DNA from: a virus
Reading direction: 5' to 3' (one strand)
Virus record (IMG/VR): IMGVR_UViG_3300030060_007423
Coordinates: 32,001 to 96,000 of that record
Length of the DNA stretch: 64,000 nt
Shown here one piece after another: positions 53,397 to 62,493 of the stretch. Under the pieces are notes generated by a model. That model was not told where the DNA came from. It saw nothing but the letters and a program-made list of their open reading frames with translations, and did not search any database. Position 1 is the stretch's first letter. Each line of letters starts with the position of its first letter. A program made the position numbers and the translations under genes.

Positions 53397-53428
53397 ATTT
53401 TTTATTGTCAAAAAAATTAGTTATATTA
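53393..53428 (+). promoter_or_regulatory. Class-1 promoter motif
   Basis: ATAAATTTTTTATTGTCAAAAAAATTAGTTATATTA; ATG 53433 follows within 5 nt of TATATT. Confidence 0.75.
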
Positions 53429-53432
53429 TATT

Positions 53433-54638
53433 ATGAAAAAAATAAACGTACTAAAACCAAAATTTGAAACTGACAAGATATTAGAACAAATGCGAGAGTG
53501 TTTGGATTCTGGATGGACAGGTATGGGATTCAAAACTGTTGAGTTTGAAGAAAAGTGGAAAGAATATACTCAATTACCTCATGCACACTTCATTGCATCA
53601 AATACTGTAGGACTTCATTTGGCATTAAACCTTTTCAAAAATAAGGATGGTTGGAAAGATGGTGATGAAATAATTACTACTCCTCTTACATTTGTATCAA
53701 CAAACCATGCAATAATGTATGAAAGACTAAAACCAGTATTTGCAGATGTTGATAGTTCAATGTGTTTAGACCCAAAGTCAATTGAAGAAAATATTACTGA
53801 TAAAACAAGAGCTGTTTTATATGTTGGTATTGGTGGAAACACAGGACAATTATTGGAAGTACAGAGAATATGTGAAAAGCATAATGTAAGATTAATTTTA
53901 GATGCAGCTCATATGTCAGGAACTAAAATTAAAAATGTATTTATGGGTGTTGGTTATACAACTGAACATATTGGAAAAGAGGCAGACGTTACTATTTTTA
54001 GTTTTCAAGCTGTAAAGAATTTACCAACAGCAGATAGTGGAATGATATGCTTTAGTGATGAAGAAGACGATAAGCTAGTACGACAACTTTCATGGTTAGG
54101 AATTGATAAAGACACATATTCACGAAGTACTGAAGGTTCATATAAATGGAAATATGATGTACCAAACATTGGATTCAAATATCATGGAAATTCTATAATG
54201 GCATCAATAGGTTTAGTTCAGTTAGATAGGTTAGATGAAGACAATAAGTATAGAAATCAAATTGCAGATTGGTATACTGAATGTTTAACTGATGATTGGG
54301 GAAGACATGATCCTAGATGTATAGAAATCGTAAAAGACGATTTGTATGTTGCAATATCATCAAAACATTTATTTCAAATATTAGTACCAGCTGAGTGTCG
54401 TGACAATTTAATTGAATTATTGTATAGCAATGAAATATATCCAGGTGTACATTATATTGATAACACAAATTATCCAATGTATAGTGATAGTCATGGAAAA
54501 TGTCCAAATGCACATTCATATTCAAAAAGATTAATTACATTACCAATACATTTAGGTATAACTAAAAATGATGTAAAAAGAATATCACAGATTATAAAGG
54601 ATTGTAAATGGTTAGGAGATTGGAAATGGATAGGATAA
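53433..54638 (+). CDS. DegT/DnrJ/EryC1/StrS sugar aminotransferase
   Basis: TPLTFVST, PVFADVD, LDAAH, FSFQAVKNL, ITLPIH. Confidence 0.93.
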   Translation: MKKINVLKPKFETDKILEQMRECLDSGWTGMGFKTVEFEEKWKEYTQLPHAHFIASNTVGLHLALNLFKNKDGWKDGDEIITTPLTFVSTNHAIMYERLKPVFADVDSSMCLDPKSIEENITDKTRAVLYVGIGGNTGQLLEVQRICEKHNVRLILDAAHMSGTKIKNVFMGVGYTTEHIGKEADVTIFSFQAVKNLPTADSGMICFSDEEDDKLVRQLSWLGIDKDTYSRSTEGSYKWKYDVPNIGFKYHGNSIMASIGLVQLDRLDEDNKYRNQIADWYTECLTDDWGRHDPRCIEIVKDDLYVAISSKHLFQILVPAECRDNLIELLYSNEIYPGVHYIDNTNYPMYSDSHGKCPNAHSYSKRLITLPIHLGITKNDVKRISQIIKDCKWLGDWKWIG

Positions 54639-55810
54639 CATTTTGTATACCAAGTAAAAGTAACTTAAGATATCTTAAAGCATGCATTCCATCAATTAGG
54701 GAAAATGCACATAGAAAAGACCATGATATTGTTGTTTTTGTTGATAGTGATGAAGATGGAACAGTTGAATGGTTAAAGGAAGTTAAAGACGATTACAATA
54801 TATCTTATCATGTAAATCCTGATTTAGGAAAGAGCTTATATGGTATTGGAATGGCATATGATTATTGTATTGAAAAATCAACAACTGATATCTTTATGAT
54901 TTTTCATGCAGACATGATGCTAGCTAAAGATGCTGATTTAATAGCTTGGAAACAACTTAAAGAAAAGCATGTTGTTTGTTCAACAAGAATTGAACCACCT
55001 ATCCATCCAAATGCAGGTGAAAAAATATTAGTTGATTTTGGTATGTGGCCAGAAGACTTTATGTCAAAAGAATTTGACAATTATGTAAAGTTAGCAAAAG
55101 AAAAATATGGTGATAAAACTACAGAAGGAATATTTGCTCCTTGGATGATGTATAAATCAGATTTTCTAAAAATAGGTGGACATGATAAAATATTACATTC
55201 TTGTAGAGAAGATAGTGATGTATTTAATAGAATGCATTTGGCAGGATATAATTTTATTCAAAGTTGGCAAAGTTTTGTTTATCACTTAACAGGAAGAGGA
55301 GCTGGTAGTTTTGATGGAGATGAAGAGAGACATAAAAATTGGCAACATATGATGACAAATTCAACTAGAGAATTTATTAGAAAATGGGGAACAGGTGTTC
55401 AACATGATGCACTAATGAAACCTTTAGTTTCTAAAAAATACAACATTTCATTTGTCATTGAAAATTGTAGTGATGCACATGTGCAATTGCTTTATCATGT
55501 TGAACCTTGGTGCGATAGTGTATATTGTAATGAATCAATTGGTAAAAAATATATAGAGTTAGAACAAAATAATACATCATTTGATTTAACAAAAAGATTA
55601 AAAAGTATAACATCACAACCAACTGAGAATGTTATTGTAAAGTTTGATTCACAACATCTTAGTACACAGGAAAGATTTAACTTTTTAACTCAGCTTTCAA
55701 ATATATTGACTGATAGCGGCCAAGTTGGACACATGAAATATGATATATTTGATATTGAAATTAAATCATTAGATACATACGAAAATGAGTTAATAAATGT
55801 CAAGAATTAA
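54626..55810 (+). CDS. GT2-family glycosyltransferase
   Basis: FCIPS, DGTVEWL, FHADM, IGGHD, EDSD, VYH; paralogue of 50627..51499. Start ATG 54626 with AGGAG SD. Confidence 0.88.
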   Translation: MDRITFCIPSKSNLRYLKACIPSIRENAHRKDHDIVVFVDSDEDGTVEWLKEVKDDYNISYHVNPDLGKSLYGIGMAYDYCIEKSTTDIFMIFHADMMLAKDADLIAWKQLKEKHVVCSTRIEPPIHPNAGEKILVDFGMWPEDFMSKEFDNYVKLAKEKYGDKTTEGIFAPWMMYKSDFLKIGGHDKILHSCREDSDVFNRMHLAGYNFIQSWQSFVYHLTGRGAGSFDGDEERHKNWQHMMTNSTREFIRKWGTGVQHDALMKPLVSKKYNISFVIENCSDAHVQLLYHVEPWCDSVYCNESIGKKYIELEQNNTSFDLTKRLKSITSQPTENVIVKFDSQHLSTQERFNFLTQLSNILTDSGQVGHMKYDIFDIEIKSLDTYENELINVKN

Positions 55811-55967
55811 ACAAATAGAAAAAAGATTAGATTACCTAAAGACTGAAGTTGTTCATGCACCTAGATTGGATGGTTGGACTCTAAATGGCCATAGGGAAGA
55901 AATTAAAAAGTTAATACAGGAACTAAAAGAAATACAGGAGAAAACTGATGACAAAGATAATAGCTGA
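55797..55967 (+). CDS. Small coiled-coil hypothetical protein (not in ORF track)
   Basis: MSRIKQIEKRLDYLKTEVVHAPRLDGWTLNGHREEIKKLIQELKEIQEKTDDKDNS*, 56 aa, bridges the GT2 and NeuB genes. Confidence 0.6.
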   Translation: MSRIKQIEKRLDYLKTEVVHAPRLDGWTLNGHREEIKKLIQELKEIQEKTDDKDNS

Positions 55968-56748
55968 AATAGGTTGGAATCATATGGGCGATATGAAACT
56001 TGCTAAAGAAATGATTAAGGCTGCAAAGGATTCTGGTGCAGATTTTGCAAAGTTTCAAACGTGGTCTGTTGATAGATTAAAGCCAGGACCTTGGAATGAA
56101 GATGGAAGAATTGATATATACAAGAAAGCAGAATTGACTCGTGAAAATCATGAAGAGTTAATATCATATTGTAATGAAGTTGGAATTGAATTTATGTCAT
56201 CAGTATTTAGTATTGCAGACGCACAATTACTTGTTGATTTAGATATTAAGACTGTTAAGATTCCAAGTATGGAATGTAGAAATGTTGAACTTGTTAAGTT
56301 TTGCAATGAACACTTTGAATCTATTTATATGTCAACAGGTGCATCAACATTAAAAGAGGTATGTGATAGTGTTGATTTGATTGATAAGCCATTATTTTTA
56401 ATGCATTGTGTATCGTCATACCCATGTGAAATTGAAAATGCAAACTTAAATAAGATTTTTGGACTAAAGGGAATATGTCCTACTGTTGGATATAGTGATC
56501 ACTGTTTAGGTACAGACGTTGCAAAGTATGCTATAGAATATGGAATAAATGTTGTTGAAAAACATTTTACAACAGATACTTCACTTCCGGGTAGAGACAA
56601 CCAATTTGCAATAACTCCACCAGAATTAAAAAATCTTAAACAGTGGATTGACAATAAATCTCTTGCACAACAATATGTTGCACGTGATTATTTACCAGTT
56701 GAAGAAGAAGTAAGAAAAGTTTATCATGGAAGATTTAACAATGAATAA
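55948..56748 (+). CDS. neuB: N-acetylneuraminate synthase family (NeuB/SpsE), no C-terminal SAF domain
   Basis: IIAEIGWNH.GD, AKFQT, KIPS, MSTG, HCVSSYP, GYSDH, EKHFT. Confidence 0.92.
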   Translation: MTKIIAEIGWNHMGDMKLAKEMIKAAKDSGADFAKFQTWSVDRLKPGPWNEDGRIDIYKKAELTRENHEELISYCNEVGIEFMSSVFSIADAQLLVDLDIKTVKIPSMECRNVELVKFCNEHFESIYMSTGASTLKEVCDSVDLIDKPLFLMHCVSSYPCEIENANLNKIFGLKGICPTVGYSDHCLGTDVAKYAIEYGINVVEKHFTTDTSLPGRDNQFAITPPELKNLKQWIDNKSLAQQYVARDYLPVEEEVRKVYHGRFNNE

Positions 56749-57445
56749 TAAAAACATATTAGGTGTAACATTGGCACGTGGTGGTTCAAAGGGTATACCA
56801 AAAAAGAACATATACCCAGTCAATGGAAAGCCACTAATATCATATACGATTGAAGCAGCATTAAAAACAAAACTTTTTAGTCCGTACATTGTAAGTACAG
56901 ATTCACAAGAAATTGCAGATGTTGCTGAAAGCTATGGTGCACAAATACCGTTCTTAAGACCAGACGAATTATCTGGTGATACGGTTTGGTCAAGAGATGC
57001 ACTAAAGCATGCAGTTTTAGAATGTGAAAGAATTTATAATACAACATATGACTGGGTTGTAGAATTACCATGTGTATCACCATTAAGAAACAGTCAACAT
57101 ATTTTTGATGCTATTAATATATTAACAACAGGTGAGTATGATAGTGTTACTTCAGTTGCACAAATGCAAGACAAACACCCAGTTAGAATGAAAAGAATTG
57201 TTGATGGAATGTTAAAAGATTTCTGTAAGGAATTTCCAGAAGGTGAAGGTAGTAGGCGACAAGACTTAGAACCATGTTATATTAGAAATGGTGCAATATA
57301 TGCAATGACTCGTGATTGTATTGTAAATGATTTTTCAAGACATGGCAAAAAATGTTATGCATTTGTAATGGATGATGATTCATCTATAAATGTTGATACA
57401 ATGCATGACTTAAAACTTGCAGAAATAATTTTAGGGAGTAAGTAA
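56741..57445 (+). CDS. neuA: Acylneuraminate cytidylyltransferase
   Basis: ARGGSKGIPKKN, VSTDS, PFLRP.EL, SPLR, NGAIY, INVDT..D. Confidence 0.92.
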   Translation: MNNKNILGVTLARGGSKGIPKKNIYPVNGKPLISYTIEAALKTKLFSPYIVSTDSQEIADVAESYGAQIPFLRPDELSGDTVWSRDALKHAVLECERIYNTTYDWVVELPCVSPLRNSQHIFDAINILTTGEYDSVTSVAQMQDKHPVRMKRIVDGMLKDFCKEFPEGEGSRRQDLEPCYIRNGAIYAMTRDCIVNDFSRHGKKCYAFVMDDDSSINVDTMHDLKLAEIILGSK

Positions 57446-58347
57446 TGAATGTAATAATAGATTGTCCTACTGATTTTTTATCTTTGAAAGCTTTTATGAA
57501 AAAGCACAATATTAGTGAATCTGAAGACCCGGATTGTATCATAGTCAATCCAGGAACTGACGAGTATCTAGATGAAAAATATTTTTCTAATTTTGAAAAC
57601 TTAAAGGTTGTAGGAACACCATCAACAGGTGTTAATCACATTGATACAAAATATTTAGAGGGTAGGAACATAAAAACATTTTGTTTACTTGATGATAGAA
57701 TTGGTTTAGAATCAATAACAGCTTCAGCAGAATTTACATGGCTACATATAATGAATGCATTTAGAAAATTTAATCTTGCATTGGAATATGTTGGTGATTG
57801 GAGGGATGATGAAAATGAACACTTTTTAAGGTCAAATGAATTAAGTGGAAAAAACATATTAATTATTGGTCTAGGTAGAATTGGTAGAAAGATTAAGAAA
57901 TATGCAAATGCATTTGAAATGAATGTTGATTGGTATGACCCATACATTGATGTTACATCAAAAAACCATATTGGTTCTCTTAGGGATTTATCCAAATATG
58001 ATGTAATATCAATAAACTGTTACTTAACAGATGAAACTACTGGAATGATAGATAAGAGACTTTTATCAACTACAAAAAGTAATGCACTTATTGTAAATAC
58101 ATCAAGAGGTGAAGTTGTTAAGGAAGATGATATTTGTACACTTATTAAAAATGGAAAAATTATTTATAGTTGTGATGTTCTATGTAATGAACAAAATGTT
58201 GAAAAATTAAAAGAATCTGAACTATTCAAATTAAATGGACAATATGATAATTTAACAATCACACCACATGTAGCTGGTGCAACTATTGAAAGTCAAACAA
58301 AGGCATTGGAGTCAATTATAAAGTTATGCAAAAAATACTTATCATAG
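57445..58347 (+). CDS. D-isomer-specific 2-hydroxyacid dehydrogenase
   Basis: TGVNHID, AE, GLGRIG, YDPY, VNTSRG, DV...E, TPHVAG.T.E. Confidence 0.9.
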   Translation: MNVIIDCPTDFLSLKAFMKKHNISESEDPDCIIVNPGTDEYLDEKYFSNFENLKVVGTPSTGVNHIDTKYLEGRNIKTFCLLDDRIGLESITASAEFTWLHIMNAFRKFNLALEYVGDWRDDENEHFLRSNELSGKNILIIGLGRIGRKIKKYANAFEMNVDWYDPYIDVTSKNHIGSLRDLSKYDVISINCYLTDETTGMIDKRLLSTTKSNALIVNTSRGEVVKEDDICTLIKNGKIIYSCDVLCNEQNVEKLKESELFKLNGQYDNLTITPHVAGATIESQTKALESIIKLCKKYLS

Positions 58348-58958
58348 GAAATTCGCCAAGAGTACTAACTCAAAAATTTGGTAAAATAATAGATACTGAA
58401 TTTGATGAAGTTGTAAGGGTAAATAGATTTAAGACAGATGGATTTGAAGAATTTATTGGTGAACGTGTTGATACTTGGTCATTAAGTGATGAGTGGGTAT
58501 ATGATTATATGGATAAGCCATATAATTTAACACCAAGAGATATTAGTAACATTAACAAATTAATAATATCTACACCAGGTTTCAAATATGAATATGTAAC
58601 AGATAATCTTAAATTAGATTTTCAAGCATTTAAGAAATCTTTACCTTCTGTAGTAATTAAAAAAAATGTTGAAGAAAGAATTAATTCAATTTTAGATATT
58701 AATATGTCACCTGATGGACCTTGGGCAACTACTGGTTTATTAACTATTCAGTGGGCAATTGATAATTATGATGATGTTTATATTCATGGCTTTGACTGTT
58801 ATTTTACACATGAAAACATGCATTACTTTGAAGACAATAGAAAAAGTGATAGGGTATTTACAGGAAAAGAACATGACCCAGAAAAAGAAAAGCATTATCT
58901 TGACTTATTAATAAAGACAGGACAAATAAAGACGATTGAAAATGAATACAGTATTTAA
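58326..58958 (+). CDS. GT29 sialyltransferase-like protein
   Basis: Sialylmotif L (IIGNS.......G..ID..FD.VVRVN), S (TTG.......DDVYIHGFD), HYF, VS (HDPEKE). Confidence 0.82.
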   Translation: MQKILIIGNSPRVLTQKFGKIIDTEFDEVVRVNRFKTDGFEEFIGERVDTWSLSDEWVYDYMDKPYNLTPRDISNINKLIISTPGFKYEYVTDNLKLDFQAFKKSLPSVVIKKNVEERINSILDINMSPDGPWATTGLLTIQWAIDNYDDVYIHGFDCYFTHENMHYFEDNRKSDRVFTGKEHDPEKEKHYLDLLIKTGQIKTIENEYSI

Positions 58959-59613
58959 CAAAGATTATTTCAAAAATAGAAATTGCAACGATGATAAAAG
59001 AATGTTAGCATTTGAATCAGAGTTTGATTTTGTGATTAAACATACTGGTAGAAATCCAGGTGCATTATTAGATGTTGGATGTTCAACTGGTGAAATGATT
59101 AAATTTTGGAAAGGTATGGGACTTGAAACAAAGTTATGTTATGGTATGGAAATTTCAGACCATGCAAAAAGTGTTGCAAAAAAGAATGGCGTAAAATTCA
59201 ATAAACATCTTTTTAATTCAAAAGACTATTTTTCAACTATAGTTTTTAGAGGTACTATTCAACATGTAGATACTCCATTTCTTTATATGAAAAAAGCATA
59301 TGAATCATTAAATAAAGGTGGAAAGGTTGTTTTCTTAGCAACTCCTAATGCAAATAGTTTATATTTTAAGTTATGGAAAACACTTCCATTTCTTGATTAC
59401 CCAGAAACAAATTATTATATACCATCTGATGTTTGGTTAGAGCAAGCAATGAAAAATTTTGGATTTAAGTTGGTTGAAAAGCGATACCCATATATTGATT
59501 CACCATATTCTAATCCAATAGTTGACCACATAAAGTTTTACTTAAAGCTTTTTGGTGTTAATGTTAAATTTCCATTTTGGAGAAATAGCATGGATTTAAT
59601 ATTCGAGAAATAA
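58942..59613 (+). CDS. Class I SAM-dependent methyltransferase
   Basis: LLDVGCSTG, GMEIS, QHV, L..GG.....TPN. Confidence 0.88.
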   Translation: MNTVFNKDYFKNRNCNDDKRMLAFESEFDFVIKHTGRNPGALLDVGCSTGEMIKFWKGMGLETKLCYGMEISDHAKSVAKKNGVKFNKHLFNSKDYFSTIVFRGTIQHVDTPFLYMKKAYESLNKGGKVVFLATPNANSLYFKLWKTLPFLDYPETNYYIPSDVWLEQAMKNFGFKLVEKRYPYIDSPYSNPIVDHIKFYLKLFGVNVKFPFWRNSMDLIFEK

Positions 59614-59615
59614 TT

Positions 59616-60926
59616 ATGCTAAAATTAATCAATGAATTATATCCAATATGCAGAAGTATTACTGGTGAAGGATTAAGAAAGTCACTTAAAATCATTTCAT
59701 CAAAGTTTAATACTAAAATGCAAATACACTCAGTACCATCAGGAACAGAAGTGTTTGATTGGGTTGTTCCAAATGAATGGAATATTCGTGATGCATGGGT
59801 AAAAGACCCGTTTGGAAATAAGATTATTGATTTTAACGATAGCAATTTACATGTCATGGGATATAGTGAACCTATTGATAAACATTTATCATGGAAAGAG
59901 CTTGATAAAAAACTTTATTGTGGAATTATGCCAAAGAGAATACCATATAGAACTTCATATTATAAGAGAGACTGGGGATTTTGTACAGGATTGCAAATGC
60001 CAGATTGGGAAGGCACACAATCAGGTTTAGTTGGAAAGACTGGAAAATACAAGGACTTAAAAGAATCTGATTGCAAATACCATGCATACATTGATTCAAC
60101 ACTGGAACCAGGACATCTTAATTATGGTGAAGTTGTAATTCCAGGAAAGTCTAATCAAGAAATATTATTTAGTACATATTTGTGTCATCCATCAATGTGT
60201 AATGACAATTTAAGTGGACCTGCAATACATACTAAATTAATTAAGAAGTTAGAAAGAACAGAAAATTTCTATACATATAGATTTATATTCATACCTGAAA
60301 CTATTGGTGCAATATGTTGGTTACATAAAAACCAAAAGGATTTAAGTAAATATGTTGGTGGCTTTGTGACTACTTGTGCAGGTGATGATGGACCTGTAAC
60401 ATATAAAAAGACAAGAAGTGGCTCAATTATAGATGATGTAGTACAATATGTTTTAGATGATTATGATTATTCATATATTAGAGATTACTCACCGTTAGGT
60501 AGTGATGAAAGACAATTTAGTTCACCAGGTTTTGACATGCCTATAGGTACACTTATGAGAACACCACCAGGTGAATTTTCAGAGTATCACAATTCTGATG
60601 ATAATATTGATTTTATATCAGAAGAGAAATTAAATGAAATTTATAGCATTTATTCAAAAATTATAGTTATATTAGAAAAAGATTATAGGTATCTATCATC
60701 AAACCTACGGTGTGAACCTAATTTTGGAAAGAGGGATTTATACAATAGGGTTGGTGCAACAACATTGGAAGATGATATTAAAGCATATAAGTGGATAATG
60801 AATTACTCAGATGGACATCATACATTATTTGATATTGCAAAACTAAGTAACTTTAGTTTTACTCAAATTTTAAGTTGTTCAGAAACGTTAGAAAAAAAGG
60901 GATTGATAACAAAATGTATAAAATAA
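59616..60926 (+). CDS. DUF4910 (DUF2172 aminopeptidase-like, winged-helix C-terminus) protein
   Basis: LYPICRSITG.G, FDWVVP.EW, PYRTSYY.RDWGFC, YLCHPSM.NDNLSG, PETIG, GSDERQF.SPG, EYH.S.D. Confidence 0.9.
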   Translation: MLKLINELYPICRSITGEGLRKSLKIISSKFNTKMQIHSVPSGTEVFDWVVPNEWNIRDAWVKDPFGNKIIDFNDSNLHVMGYSEPIDKHLSWKELDKKLYCGIMPKRIPYRTSYYKRDWGFCTGLQMPDWEGTQSGLVGKTGKYKDLKESDCKYHAYIDSTLEPGHLNYGEVVIPGKSNQEILFSTYLCHPSMCNDNLSGPAIHTKLIKKLERTENFYTYRFIFIPETIGAICWLHKNQKDLSKYVGGFVTTCAGDDGPVTYKKTRSGSIIDDVVQYVLDDYDYSYIRDYSPLGSDERQFSSPGFDMPIGTLMRTPPGEFSEYHNSDDNIDFISEEKLNEIYSIYSKIIVILEKDYRYLSSNLRCEPNFGKRDLYNRVGATTLEDDIKAYKWIMNYSDGHHTLFDIAKLSNFSFTQILSCSETLEKKGLITKCIK

Positions 60927-61594
60927 CAGTTGCTATTTGTTGCTATAAGCAAAAAGATTGGTTACATAGATGTTTAAGAAGTTTATCTTCCCAAACAATA
61001 CCAAAGAATGATTTTGAAGTTGTCATAGTGAATGATGACCCATGTGAAAGATTAGATTATATTTGTGATAACTTTAAGGATTTCATAAATATTAGATTAA
61101 TCAATAACGAAGAAAATTTAGGATTACCTAAATCACTAAATAAAATATTGTCAGCATCTTTAGGAAAATATTTTGTTAGGGTTGATAGTGATGATTATGT
61201 ATCAAGTGATTTTTTGTATATGCTATCAACATTTTTAGATATAAACCTATCTGCAAGTCCAAGGGTGTCAGGTGAAGATACTTTCTATCAAGGAGTAGCT
61301 TGTGACTATTTTAAGGTTGGACCTACAGGTGAAGTACTTAGCAGACATTCATCTGAAAAAGAACCTGTTGCTTGTGGAATAATGTTTACATATGAATCAT
61401 TATGTGAAATAGGATTTTATGATGAAAACTTTAAGATGAGAGAAGGTCATGATTTACTAAGTAGATTTAACAAATCATATAAGATTTACAATTTACCTGT
61501 ACCATTATATAAGTATAGAATGCATGACAATAATAGAACAAATAATACTACTGAAGTTAAGAAGTATGATAAAAAATTAGGAGTAAATATATGA
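60914..61594 (+). CDS. GT2-family glycosyltransferase
   Basis: RCLRSL..Q, VIVND, NLGLPKSLN, RVDSDD, GFYDE, LYKYR.H. Start ATG 60914. Confidence 0.9.
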   Translation: MYKITVAICCYKQKDWLHRCLRSLSSQTIPKNDFEVVIVNDDPCERLDYICDNFKDFINIRLINNEENLGLPKSLNKILSASLGKYFVRVDSDDYVSSDFLYMLSTFLDINLSASPRVSGEDTFYQGVACDYFKVGPTGEVLSRHSSEKEPVACGIMFTYESLCEIGFYDENFKMREGHDLLSRFNKSYKIYNLPVPLYKYRMHDNNRTNNTTEVKKYDKKLGVNI

Positions 61595-62493
61595 AAGTAT
61601 TAGTAACAGGAGGAGCTGGATTTATTGGTTCAAATCTAGTCGACAGATTAATTGATAAAGGCCATGATGTAACAATTATTGACAATATGTCAACAGGCCA
61701 TGAAAAGAATATAAACAAAAAAGCAAAGTTTGTACTTTGTGACATGTTTTCAGATATTAAATTACTTGAAGAATCCATGAAAGGTATTGAAGTTGTTTTT
61801 CATTTAGCCGCATTAGCAAGAGTACAACCATCAATTGAAAATCCATTACCTTTTAATGATGCAAATATTACAGGTACATTAAATGTATTGTTTGCTGCAC
61901 ATAAGGCAGGTGTAAGACGTGTAGTATATAGTGCAAGTAGTTCAGCTTATGGAGATGCAGAAAGAATGCCTCAACTGGAAACTGACTCTACAAATCCACT
62001 ATCACCTTATGGGTTACAAAAGTTTGTTGGTGAACAGTACTGTAAAATGTTTAGTGAAGTTTATGGGTTAGATACATGCTCTCTTAGATACTTTAATGTG
62101 TATGGTGAAAGAATGAATTTTGAAGGAGCATATAAAACAGTTGTTGCAGTATTTACTGAACAGTCACTAAATGGTGAAAAGTTAAATATTGTAAATGATG
62201 GTGAACAAAGAAGAGACTTTACATATGTTGGTGATGTATGCCAAGCCAATATACTTGCAGGTTTACATACTGATAGATTAGAAGGTAATGTATTTAATAT
62301 TGGAAACGGTGATAACTTTTCAGTTAATGAATTGGCTAAAATGTTTGAACGACCAGTTAAGTATGGTGAAAAAAGAATTGAACCATTTGAAACTTTAGCA
62401 GATAATACAAAAGCAAGAAATGTTTTAGGTTGGAATCCAACTGGTGATTTACCAAATTGGATAAAAAATTATCGTAATGAATTAGGAATATGA
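61591..62493 (+). CDS. NAD-dependent nucleotide-sugar epimerase/dehydratase
   Basis: VTGGAGFIGS, HLAA, SSSAYG, YGLQK, RYFNVYG, RDFTYV.D. Confidence 0.95.
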   Translation: MKVLVTGGAGFIGSNLVDRLIDKGHDVTIIDNMSTGHEKNINKKAKFVLCDMFSDIKLLEESMKGIEVVFHLAALARVQPSIENPLPFNDANITGTLNVLFAAHKAGVRRVVYSASSSAYGDAERMPQLETDSTNPLSPYGLQKFVGEQYCKMFSEVYGLDTCSLRYFNVYGERMNFEGAYKTVVAVFTEQSLNGEKLNIVNDGEQRRDFTYVGDVCQANILAGLHTDRLEGNVFNIGNGDNFSVNELAKMFERPVKYGEKRIEPFETLADNTKARNVLGWNPTGDLPNWIKNYRNELGI

